Shown: positions 47,817 through 59,738 of the stretch, piece by piece
Numbering within the stretch: the first letter of the stretch is position 1
How the letters are laid out: each line of letters starts with the position of its first letter
Assembly (NCBI GenBank): GCA_030704615.1
Contig: CM060732.1
Coordinates: 20,646,001-20,710,000 of the forward strand
Length of the DNA: 64,000 nt
Direction of reading: 5' to 3'
Origin: Takakia lepidozioides
Lineage: Eukaryota; Plantae; Bryophyta
Position numbers and translations under genes: made by a program
Notes under the pieces: generated by a model
Databases searched by the model: none
What the model was told of the DNA's origin: nothing
The model's input: only the letters and a program-made list of their open reading frames with translations

Positions 47817-50800
47817 ATGCCGCCATCTCCGTTCACCCAAACTGCACATCTGCTGAACAAATTTTATGTGCGTGCCTCTCCCCACCCTGTTAAAGCTCCA
47901 CAGTCCTTATCTGCTTGTCACAGCCGTTACATTCTTGAGCTTGGGAGCCTGAGAGTGCGAACATCCTCTCGCTTTCATTCGGTGGTGTTTTTGGGCTTTA
48001 CAGCTAATCTGCTTCCCAATCCAGTGCGGAGCTGCCAAAGTATGCATAAAAATGGCACCCGCTTGCAGCTTTCGGGACACCAAATTGATGGAGGGAACAG
48101 GCAGGAAGTGCACTCTAATGAAGGTGAAACAAAGTCTCAGATAGTATATGCAGAGAACTTTGATGTGATTTTCTGAGTGTGTTGATGCCACATTCTTCGA
48201 AAGTTTGATTTTGGCTCTTCTACCTGGGGTAATGTGACCACCCATGTTTTGTATGAGTATGCGTGCATACGTACATGTATGAGTGTGTGTGAAAGAGAGA
48301 AATAGAGAGTATGGTTTAGTCATGTCAAGACGTGTCCAATCCTAGATCATTTCGATCTAGTCCTGTTTTGCTTAACAACATCATACATCTGGACATGATC
48401 TAGCTCCTTCAATATAGACAACATGAAAACCTCACAAGTCCTGCAAAACTCAGATTCGTGAACATGTATGCTTACAAATCTTGCAGTTGCTTACATAAGG
48501 TGCCCTCATATACAAGCAAGGCTTTGACCGTAAGGTCCTTCCTAGTTTCCACGAGTAGAAACCTCCATGGATTCATACTAGAATGAGAATGCTTTTAGTA
48601 GAATCTCTGTAGAAGTCAGATATCGCAGCTATGAGAAAAGCCATAGCTCAGAACCTAGGGGATTGGTTCTTTGAAGCCGTGTTGCAAATTCAAAATGCTC
48701 CATGTGGGCATACTTGAGCCCCCTAGGAGGTTATAGTGTCAAAGTTAATCCACGCAGCCATCTACCTATTTCAAGGAAGGTATGAAGAGTTACAGTAGGT
48801 GTCAGAGGGATCAGCAAAATGGCAAGGCTGCCATTGGTGATCAGATCCTCCTACAGTCCATGAGAAAATTTAGAGTCGCACAAACAAGTATTTATTTTCA
48901 ACAACATTCCACACCAAGCATGAGGCAGCATGAAGGCTTCCTTTTCAGTCGGAGTATGTCTACCCTCTAAAGCAAGTGAAGCCACCTCGCCTGGCCCCAT
49001 CATGCACACCAACCAACCAATAGATGCATAGAATTCCAGGCTTAAACGGCTTGACAGTTGTTATCCATATCCACTTTAGTAAGGAGACATTCATGGATTG
49101 CAAAACATAAGGAAAAGACAGCTTACTGGTGGTGGGGAGGTGGTTTTATCTCTTGCAACAGTACAACATTAAAGCAAAACATTGCTTATGCTGTTACAGC
49201 AGTATTCAACTTCCCACCATTCTGCTTGCAGGTCACGGTCATCTCCCTCAGCTCTCTTTTTGGACACACCCACAAAAGCATAATAGTAAGCATTCATTCC
49301 CAAAAGGAAGGTGTTACCAGAGCCTAGTACTCAAACAAGCATACAGAAGCCCTTGGTTTGCAAAAATATTCATAGATGCGGAGTAGAGCTAGTCAAATCC
49401 ATGTAAGCTCTTCATAGTCTCCACTCCCTTTGTGTTACAATACTGAGCAGCGCTTCAAAGTGTTTAAAGAGCCTGGTGAGTACTTTGCTTGCAGCCATAG
49501 TTTAGCTATAAGGTGACTCCTCCTTCATCTCTTGCCTGCTCATCTTCCAAATGAGAAGAGCGGCCAGGGCTTCTAACCATACAGGGCAGCCTTAGGGCAG
49601 CTGCTTTAGGTAAATGACAAATGTCATTGTCCATTGGGTGGAAGATATCCAGTGTTCGTTCTGAGGATGGTTTGAGCAACTCATTTTCAAAAACATTCCA
49701 GAGTAGCACTTTGCTCCTCTCCATCGGTTCCAGCCCTTGTGTGTGAGCAAGCATTTAATGAACAAGTCTGGTTTCACTTTTGGAAGGATTTCATCTCAAC
49801 ATGATTCCCCAATCTGGCTTTGTTCTTGGATTATTGTCACCTTTGACCTGGTAGTTCCCTCTTACTGATCGGGATATGACGATGCAGAAGTGAAAGTGGA
49901 AGAAACGAGCTTGGAGATCCTCACTAATGGCGCAATAACTGATCTGGGAGAAGCAACAGAAGCAACTCCTAAGCAACCAAGTCCGAAGCTGTTGACGCTG
50001 GTGATTATTGAAAAGGAGGACAGAGTTCTTCTGGGCATGAAAAAGCGTGGGTAAGTAGTTCCATGACTTCAAAATTTGTCCTTAATATGATATGAGCTAA
50101 CTGCTTTCTAATAGTCTCTTGCATTCTTGAAACACCTATCCTGTGCCAATGAACCCTATATTGCATGGATGTTGAAAATTGGCCATAATGAGGCTATTTA
50201 TGTCCTTCTAGATGAAGACTCCTCCTTACCTTGCCTCTCCGTTTTGCGCTCTCCCTACCTGAAATCAGTGTTGAGGCACTTTGGATTTCATATGTGGTTT
50301 TTTTCACATGATTCTATGGATAGATTCTCCTCCATTTGGCATCACCTTCCTACGGCAGGTTTGGAATCTGCTGTTATTCCCTTCAATGCATATTTATTTC
50401 AGCATATTATTGTGAGGGCTTGTTCAAAAAATGACATCACAAAGATGGTGAACTGTGCTTGGCAGCTTTGGGGAGGGCTACTATAATGGGTTTGGGGGCA
50501 AAGTTGAAGCTGGGGAAACAATCGAAGAAGCTGCTGTGCGAGAGGTGGTTCTCCAACCACCCTTTACTTTCAAGTACTCCATTGAGTGTTTCCCATTCTA
50601 ATGTGTACACTCATACTGAGCTCTTGGCACTATCTTTGTGACTGGCAGAAGCCACAGTGCCCAATTTTCCCATCTTCAAATGCTTGAACACTTCTAAGAA
50701 GATTGCCTTGGATTGGTGTGCATGTGTGTGTGAAAGAGAGAGAAATGGTCATGGAAAGAGGATTGCTTCATTGCGTAGATGCCAGAGCCTTGGAGTCGCT

Positions 50801-52581
50801 GACTACACCTCACGGTTGGGTGACAAATCAGGTGTCCCCAAGAGAGAGAGGTACTCTGTAGACTTGCTTGTTGTAAATCTTCTGGCCATTGACCTGGGGT
50901 TGGACCAGCAGAAAAAGGGGGCGAGAGTGGCAGGCGAAGTTGATATTGTCCTTCCAGTTCCTAACAGTTTTTATCAGCATGGAGTTGGATGGAAAGATTT
51001 ACCCCAAAATTCAGTTTCGAGGGTGCTTTAAATTTTGACTGTCTGGATCCTTCACATTTATTGATGCTTGTGCAAGTACTGCAATCACTGTGATCCAATC
51101 ACAAAATATGGCACATGTGCCTAACTGGCTTAACATACTACTGAGAGGTAAGCAGCCTATTCATAGTTTGAACTTTAGCCTAGTGCTCAATGTAATTACA
51201 TGGTAGAAAACATTCTACTCACAAAAGAATTCATTTCAAACTTGCAGCTTGAGGAGGAGTCAGGGGTGGTCCCTTTGGGAATGGACAAGCAGGCCATTCT
51301 CGCCTTCCATTTTGATGACAACCCACAGCCCTGGGAGGTGATCTAGATGCATCTCCCCTTTCCTGTGCAGTAATTGTAAATGACAGGATGTTGGGTGAGT
51401 GGAAGTGGGTCAAGTGGGGCTCATGTTAAGACGATTTCAGAGGGATGGGCAAACCTGTTGCTGCAAGCAACCCAGCTAGAAAAGAAAAAGAGGAAGGGGT
51501 GTTACATTTGCTTGTTTGACACTTGTCTTTTCCATAGAGAGCATGTGTAAGCCCTGGAATGGTTGTGGATAGGTACAAAGGGACAAAGACAATATATTTG
51601 TAACTCAAGTAAAACCATTCCAACCACTTCCACAGATCGGTCCCACATGAGTTTTCGAGTTACAAGATGTTGACAGAATGTCATTTCCAACTTCATTAAC
51701 TCACCCATATAAGTGGGTAGTATACTGCCAATCCAACTAAGCTGTTTGGAAATACGGAGATGATGGCAGGTACATGTTTACCATGTGGCTGAGTTTGAAG
51801 GTACACCATGCGAGACAGAGAGAGGTGTGGTTTTCAATTGCAGACATTCCCTACGGTATGTATATAGCAACTGACTAAAGGAGACTAATCCAGGTGTGGG
51901 TTCTGGGGGATGAGTACCATGGAGAGTTGTTAAGCCTCACATAATTTGCAAGGGGTGGCAACCAACCAAATTGACTGGATGTGGAAGCAATCAAGTTGGC
52001 TGGATAAGGATACAGCAGCTGGGAAAATCTCACGTGTGGAATAGTGGGAACTCATAAGGTAGAAATTGTTTTATATGATTTGGTGTTGAAGAAGAGGCAA
52101 AGTGCCTAGACGCAGGGTATGAGAGGCCTCTGAGAGAAATTTCGGCCTGTTACAGATCTATACGTTTCTTTCCGCCGGGCGACATGGATAGTTCTATGTC
52201 TCCTGGCAAGGAATTGCAAGTGAAGTGGGCCTTGTGGATTGATGGCAGACAAAATGTGGGAAGACAACAGGATTTGGTATCCAGAGTTTCTGCAAGGTAA
52301 TTCTGGATTTCTTCTCTGATATGAGAGGCTACTTTGTTTCTTCTGCGGGTTGGCTGTGCACATTCAAAACGTGGTATACAGGTCAGTCAATCAGAAGAGA
52401 GGGTTAAGGAAGTAGATCAGTGAAGCCAGTTGAAATTCCTGATAATAAATCGAGTCAGGGCTCATGATGTTTCTGAAGCTGGGGTGGTATTGCTGCAGGT
52501 AGATATTTTCGGGGCGAGTTTTACTTCACCAACACCCACAACCTGGTTTCCCATTCTTTCCAAGTTGTACCCAGTTTGTAG
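47817..52581 (+). pseudogene. NUDT1: MTH1/NUDT1-type 8-oxo-dGTPase (Nudix) with organellar transit-like N-terminus; frameshift in exon 5
   Basis: KLLTLVIIEKEDRVLLGMKKRG/FGEGYYNGFGGKVEAGETIEEAAVRE/LEEESG (Nudix box); VHVY; WFSIADIPY; KMWEDNRIWYP; YFRGEFYF. Exons 47817-48123 (tentative), 49888-50050, 50466-50543, 51248-51337, 51770-51855, 52249-52296, 52499-52581. Confidence 0.8.
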
Positions 52582-53955
52582 CCATATCTCACAATCTAGT
52601 TCAGATTCTTGTGGGAACTGTGTCCTCTATCTCAGCAACTGATCATGAACCCCCAGAGGCCTTCCTCAGATCAGGACTTGCCATTCACACATTTCCACTC
52701 GGTACCAAATGTTGGATACAATCTTCCAAGCTGCTTTGCTGATTGCCAAAAGCTCAGAAACAATGTTACGTTGATTGTTCAAATTACATGAAGCATGCTG
52801 AGGCATTGATTTCACAGCAGACAGACACCCAGTCCTCTCTACTAGACTAGCAGGGTTTCCTGCAACACATGTTTTGGTAAACCTGGAGTTTCTTTCTACT
52901 CTAGTAATAACCTCTATGGAGGTAATTTTCTCTTCTGCTCGTGGGCAGATGGCCATTGGGATTCAAACATATTCGTTGATAGGGGCCAGTATCGTCCCGT
53001 GTGGCGCTCGTCGTCAGGTGTCGCGGACGCGAGTACTTGCCGGGATGAAACCATATTCTCATCCATTGGCAACGTTTCTCGTCCAGTTCATCCGTTTCTC
53101 TGATTAGTCCGCCAGATTGATGAATGTTGTTTTGGGATATTGTGTATGGATGAATAGTTCTACTCATCCATTTCGCGTCGGTGGAATGTCGGGTTAATTA
53201 ACTCGGGCTGTCTCGTGAGTCGCGACACTTTACGGTATCGGTTGTTGCCACCTGTGGGTTTCCGGTTTCGGGTTCGAATCCCTTGCTCTCTTTCTCTCTC
53301 TCTCTTGCTCATCTGCGAGTTTTCCTCCGACCTCACCGAGGAAGCTCGCGTGCTAGAAGCCAAGCAGCCGGCTGGACGGTGTGTTTGTATCCATCGCAGG
53401 AACGTGATTGTTGCTCGTGTAGGAGGAACCTAAGCTGAAAGCGTGGTGCTGTCACAGATCCTGTCTGCCCCTGCAGTTGAAGCTTTACAATTCAGTAGTG
53501 GTTTGTTCGTCTGTCTGCACTTTTTTCCTTCTTAGGGAGGTTGTCGGTGTGGGAGGGGATTTCCGAGCTGTAGTGCGGAATTTTCATTTTCATATAGATT
53601 CCTCTTACAGTGGAGCGCGTTTTTTCTCCTCCGATCATCCAAGAGCGTGCGCTATCGTGAAGCTTATCTTCTGACTATTTACAACTGGCTGGATTTTTCC
53701 GTTTCTTTTCGTTAATCTTCTCGTTGCAAGAGGTCATTTGAGCTGAAGTTCTGTATTCGTTTTACTAGACTCCGTGAGAATTCCAGTAATAGCTCTCCAG
53801 GTTACGCTTTCTCTCTCCCTCTTGCAGTTTTTGTAAGAATTCCTCCTTGGATTGTCGTGAAGGTCCCGTTTTGGAAAGTGAGAGACAGAGAGTCTTCACG
53901 GTCGAGTGTGAGCTTGATTTGTCCTCCACTCATCCGTAGTATTAGTGTTCTGGCC

Positions 53956-56900
53956 ATGTCGGGCGCAGTGCTTGAACACTTTGCTGCTTCTTCCGCGGTT
54001 GTCAGAGCTGGCCAGCAATGCCAGGCTCTAAGAAGCCCTAGGGCGGGGCAACAATTCCTACTGCGATCTAAGCAGCTTGGAGGATTGAGGCTTTCCGTTT
54101 CACAAGTGCGCACGTCAGCAGCAGCAAGCCAGCGCTGCTTGTCTGTACAAGCCCGGTCGACCACTGCCCCTGCCCCTGGTTTGCGTCACACTTTTTTTCA
54201 CAGGCATTCCCGTCTTTCACACTGTTTTTCTCATATGTAACTATCATCTGGTGCTGTTTCATTTCACGTGATACATTCTCAACAGTAGTCGCTCTATATT
54301 GCTGTTGCAGAATGGCCTGATATTGAATTTTGTTCAATAGTGCTTCATAATCTTACATTGTTAATGCGGTAACCTTGTTCTCAAACCTCTATCTAACATA
54401 GATCATTCTTTGAATCGGCACCATTCTAGAATTTGGTGGGATAGCTGCTGTTTCTAGGAAATGACGGTGGGCCCCATGGTTCATGGCCATCAAGAGTGCC
54501 ATCATTGACCATCAGTATTACAGGCATTGGTGGGTTCCACTTAGCTTCTTTGGGAATGTACTGTTTTCATGCCATGTCGATATATCATGTATTGCAACAG
54601 GCTGTGCAGAAGGCAGATGGAGGTGGTGAAGACATGCGTTGAGGAGCAAAACCCTGCACTTATGAACACCTTAGACTTTGGTCTACAAATTACTGATTTA
54701 CATTGTGGGGGGTGCTGGGTTAATGATTGTCCAATCAGAGTTGGATGCCAGCCTTCAGGACAATTTGAAGAGGTCAGTTGCCAAAAAGGCTGTGGAGTTG
54801 GTGAAGTCTGGAATGGTTGTAGGGCTTGGCACGGGCAGCACATCGTGTATGGCAATTGAGGAGCTTGGAAAACTTATCTCCCAGAACAAGGTATACCCAC
54901 GAGATTCACCTATGTGGTGCAAATATGAAATTGTCACTTGCTCAAGGAACTAATTTGCTAGTCACATCATGGAGATCTACCAAGGAGAATGTAGGCAGTT
55001 AGGAATTTTTCGGGATATTTGCACCAGTAATGGCAGTGTGGTTTAGCACCATCGATGAGTTTTTGGGAGCTTTTACTTCAGGGGTGATGAAAGCACACAT
55101 TTGGTGTTGAGGGCTTAGTTAGTCAGAAAGCCCATGGAAGTTTGTTGTCTAGATCTTTCTGTGTTTGATTGCCCCTGCATGGAATGAAAGTGGGGATAAA
55201 TGATTGAAGAAGTTGAACCCTGGCAATCAGGTAGCTTATTGTCAAGGAAAAAGTAAGTAAATCTATTTCACATCTTCCTACTGCTCAATAAATGACGTGA
55301 CAACTTTATGAACATATACACAGTACTTTCTATCCGGTGACATACACCTGGGTGTTGTTTCGTTCAATAATATACGAGGGGTGGATGTTGAAACAGGTGA
55401 AAGATGTGGTGGGGGTGGCAACCAGCTACCAATCACGAGTTCTTGCGCGGCAATTTGGTGTCAAGACAGTGAGTTGCTCCTCCTCAACTTGGTGCTCGAC
55501 TTACAGACCACCATGACCATTTTAGTTCTCCCAATTCCTGTAGTTTGGCAGAAATGTATGGCCACAGTGTCTGTCACTTCGTTTTGAAGTGCTGAGGATT
55601 TAGGGTGTGACAAGGGGAATCTGCCAGATGGACTTTGTTGGCCTGCTCTTTACCAACCATGAGGCAAGTCTGTTTCTGTCAGAAGGAAGTCATTTGGGCT
55701 TTGTAAGGTCATGCCTGCAGGGGGCCTTGTTGCCGGATACCCCTTCTGGCCAGGCATTTCCTCTTGATCCATACCTGACATTGACTCCATATATCTCCAT
55801 AGAGGACTATCAAATTTCTTCTCTAAGAGAAAGATAAGAAAAGATATGTGCTGTTAACTATTAGAGAGAGCGCAACAGTCAGTCTATGTGATGCAAATTC
55901 TGATCTTAATCGCTAAATACAATTGTTGCAGGTGGATTTGAATGATGTAAATCACATTGACATAGCTTTTGACGGTGCAGACGAAGTGGATGCCTCTATG
56001 AATCTTATCAAGGTAACTTTGGCAACTTACACTCACTTGGTGTCAACCAATAGTGGTTGTACTTTATGGCATTTGGGGTCCCAGACTGACATAAATTGTC
56101 CTGGCCTGCCTGAATCCTGCTCCTGTCATCCTTTTGTTTCTTGGGGGAGAACACTTTTAGCGACTTCAAAATTGTTTAGAGAGGAGCAATTGATAGGTTC
56201 CTTCATTTACAACTAAGAGGCTGCTGGTGCAACTTGAACCAAATCAATCTACCTACACCACAAGTTCATATTCCAATCAACTTTCTCCCTTTCTGCATTT
56301 TTCTGAGGTCTGTCTTTCTCACTTTCTCTCTGTGGGCAGGGAGGTGGAGCCGCTCACACCATGGAGAAGGTAAATTCTCTACTGAGCTACTACATAGAAA
56401 TTGTAGGAGGGTCCTCAGTAACTCATGAGTGCCCTTCCAGCTATTCTTTTGGGGAACTTGTCGAGAGTTAAGGACATCTGTCTCCAAGCATTGAACTCAA
56501 GTGGGGATTGTGAGGTATGACTGAACTGGAATGGTGTGACTGGTGAGCAGGTGGTGGATTCCATCGCAAAGCAATGTGTGATTTTGATTGACCAGACCAA
56601 AGTGGTGTCAGAGCTTGGCTTATCTTTTCCTGTTCCAGTGAGTGACCTTGTGGCACCCCTCTCTCCTCTCACCTCAGGCATTCCAAAGTGTGAGCTCATT
56701 AAAGGTGGTAACAACTGGAGGTGGTGGTGGTTGTAAGCAGTTGAAGCAAGCTGTGGAACTAGTCATGTCGATGGAAGAACTCAATGAGGATCAGTCTCTA
56801 TCTTCTGTTGTGCCCTCTGACTAACAGTAGTATGTTGGGGTTATTACAGGTTGAGGTTTTGCCGAATGCTCTTTCACCGGTGCTTCGGTCCCTGGTTGGT

Positions 56901-58069
56901 CTTGGGGGAGGTAAGTGAGCACCCGTCATATCCCAATGTCATAATTACTCTAGGCATTGGTTATTTTTATATCTCATTCTCCCTTCCTTGCAGTTCGTGG
57001 ACATCCCAGCATTCCTTACTATTGTTGATTGTGCCTTGGCAGTAGAATTAACTGTGTTGGAATTTTTATTTCGGGTGTTACTAGCTTCACATACATTTGA
57101 GTATCCAACTAGTGGTTCATAATTTTCTTTTGAAGTCCTGAACTTTTCTGAATGATTTTAGAAATTCCAACAGGGTTTTATGATGGGTTGCAGTGCCTGA
57201 GATCCGGAGTGCGTTGAGAAAGGATGGGCCTGTGATCACAGACTTGGGCAACATGGTTGTTGATGTCAGGTGCTACATTTGCTCAGTTTCCTTGCAAAAT
57301 GAAATGTAATATAGCTTGGAATCGATTAAGGCAGAAAGTAAAACCTCTTAATTACTTTTTAATACATGGAGATCTACATAAATTTTTCTTGATTGTAACT
57401 TCTTGATGATTGAGAACTGTATTGTGGATATGCAGATTCCCCGAAGGCATAAAGGATCCGGCTGAACTGGAGCAGAAGATCAACATGATCCCTGGGGTTG
57501 TTGAAAATGGTGGGTGATCTCTCCCAGCAAATAGATTACCAGAAGCTAAAAACCCAACCGATACCAACTTATATCAATGCTTTTTGGTCTCTCTTCTCCT
57601 CTACCTTTTTATTGGTACACTAATTCAGTTAGATGTCCCTTCCCCCCACATTGGTTTTATTTGCAGACCAAGTTGATTCATTATAAGTTGGAGTTGATGG
57701 GGTTATTGAGACCATCGGCAGCCGCTCCTCTTGTTGTCATACTGCATTGTATAACTCCTTACACTTGGACTTGGATTGCATGCATGGTCAGTGGCAGGTA
57801 ATGAGTATGTTTTCTCACATGATGAGAAAGAGATTACATTATGTGGTGAGGAAGTTAGAGTTGGTGAATTCTCTTTGCAAGCAGAACAAAGAGGATGTTT
57901 GGACCAGATGCTGACGTTGTTTCAATCCATGGTGGTGGAAATGGCAGGGCTTTTCATTGGTGTGGCACACAAAGTGCTAGTCGCAACCAAGGATGGTGAC
58001 GAAACTGCCATTGTGGAGCTTGCTGACTTTGTGATAAGCTTGAAAAGTGCTAAAGAGGCCTCAGTTTAA
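53956..58069 (+). CDS. RPI: Ribose-5-phosphate isomerase A, plastid transit peptide, 10 coding exons
   Basis: [12 protein letters not shown]; [12 protein letters not shown]; [12 protein letters not shown]; FPVPVEVLP; [12 protein letters not shown]; [10 protein letters not shown]. Exons ~53956-54178, 54739-54890, 55397-55468, 55932-56012, 56340-56369, 56551-56637, 56850-56910, 57194-57270, 57436-57509, 57948-58069. Confidence 0.95.
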
Positions 58070-58599
58070 CACATCTTGAACTACAGTTTTGCACTATCTG
58101 CTGTCCAGTCTCCTCACCACCTTTCTTCATACCACCCCAGGCACTTTGGAGAGTGAATATGTTGTGGAAGTTTGTTGGAGGAAGATACCCCATGTAGAGG
58201 GTCCAATAATTATAAGCTCCCTGTGCTTAGTTAGCCTATGTTTGGCTCACCAACACCGGGGAAACTTCTCAATTTGCACCAGCCTCGCGGCTGCTTCCAC
58301 GACAATGTCATTGCAGTGTCCGAAAACTCCACCAGAGGTCCAAGCTCGTAAAGATGATGAAGAAACCTTCACAATTTCTGTATTCAGTGCATGAACTTGT
58401 TTCAAATATTGCAGGTACACCTTTTACTGGATAGATGAGACAAATGCGGGCAAGTTTCATGAAACCTTATCCTCGCACCACAACACTGCCTCATTCTTTG
58501 TCATCTTGCCAATAGAGTTGGAGGCTGGTCTGGCTCTTCTATTCTTCTGAATCACGACTTGAATGTTTTTAAGTCTCTGTGCAGAGAATGTGCTCACAA

Positions 58600-59127
58600 G
58601 ATGTTGTTTGCTGTAGCCTTGTGGCCATTGACCATGCGCTCAGTTTGAGCGGAACACACAGGGACAGAAACTATTCTTGTCAGGGGCTGAGGCCGGTAGT
58701 ATGACTTACCTTGGAACAGTCAAATGGTCCGAGTTTCCAAGATATCCTCTTGAATTCCCTTTACACAAGCATCAATCTGCTTTGTGTGATTTGCCCAATA
58801 ACTAGGCCCCAAAAGGGCCTGGGCTTTTGTCACAGCCTCGGGATTTTCAAAGTTGGTAAACAGAGGTACAATCTCTCTGGTGAGAGTACTGAGGACAATG
58901 AATCAGAAAATGAATATTGTCTTCAGGTTGCCCACACAAGGGGCATTTGCAATGCCCCTTTCCTCTCTGTATTTGTGTGCTGTTCAAAGGTAGGCTTTCC
59001 GCCCTGAGTCTGGATTTGAATTTGACCTAGGGCACAAGGGGAGGCTGTCAACTAGTGCCAAGAGTGGGTAAACTGTTGAGGTGATCCATGATGGCCTTCC
59101 CCATGTCGCAGACTGGAAACAAGTTCT
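58600..59127 (-). mobile_element. L1-type LINE ORF2 3' fragment (zf-RVT CCHC finger)
   Basis: Minus strand 58948-58895 encodes KCPLCGQPEDNIHFLIHC. Collinear with the intronic copies at 25.1 and 29.2-30.1 kb. Confidence 0.75.
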
Positions 59128-59738
59128 TGGCTGGGACCTACCGCAGTGGGCCCCGCTTGCCTGGATCTAGCTGCGGTAGACCAACAAGCGGCCACATTGA
59201 AGAGGCTATTATCTTATAATGAGAAGCTTTTTTGGTGTACTATGATCAATATATGATACGAAAGCACAGGGCGTGCTAGAACGTGAGCCCAGGAGCGCCT
59301 ATGAGCCAGCAAAGCTCACGTCACCTCATGTGTAATTTTTGAAGTTATGGGATGTATTTCCGCTGTGTGTGCCTATTTCCGCAGATAAAATTGCCTTGCC
59401 AGTCACCCTCACAATTTTTTCAGACTTCACCTTCACATTTTTTTTTTTTAAATCGGTTGGTTGGAAAAACGGTGTGCGTTAACACACACCATTTTGTTGG
59501 GAAGATAATAGGAATAATGTAAGAACTTAATGCAAGCGCGTTAGGACGGTCCAGCCCTGACACCCGTACCGCCGGTTCTTCGCCTCCGGCAGACATCGAA
59601 AGGCAGCCGGCTGGGCTCGGTCAATCCCTCCCCACCCCCGCCCTCATCCCATCGGCGTCGTCGCCCCAGGCGCGTCGTCGCCCCTGCGTCCTCGTTCTGC
59701 GACACCAGTCCGCCGCTTCCAGCAGTCCGCCAGTTCCC

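Noticed and set aside
53225-53290. tRNA gene around GGTTCGAATCCC
   Set aside because: Perfect B-box but no A-box or cloverleaf; it lies in the RPI promoter/5' region.
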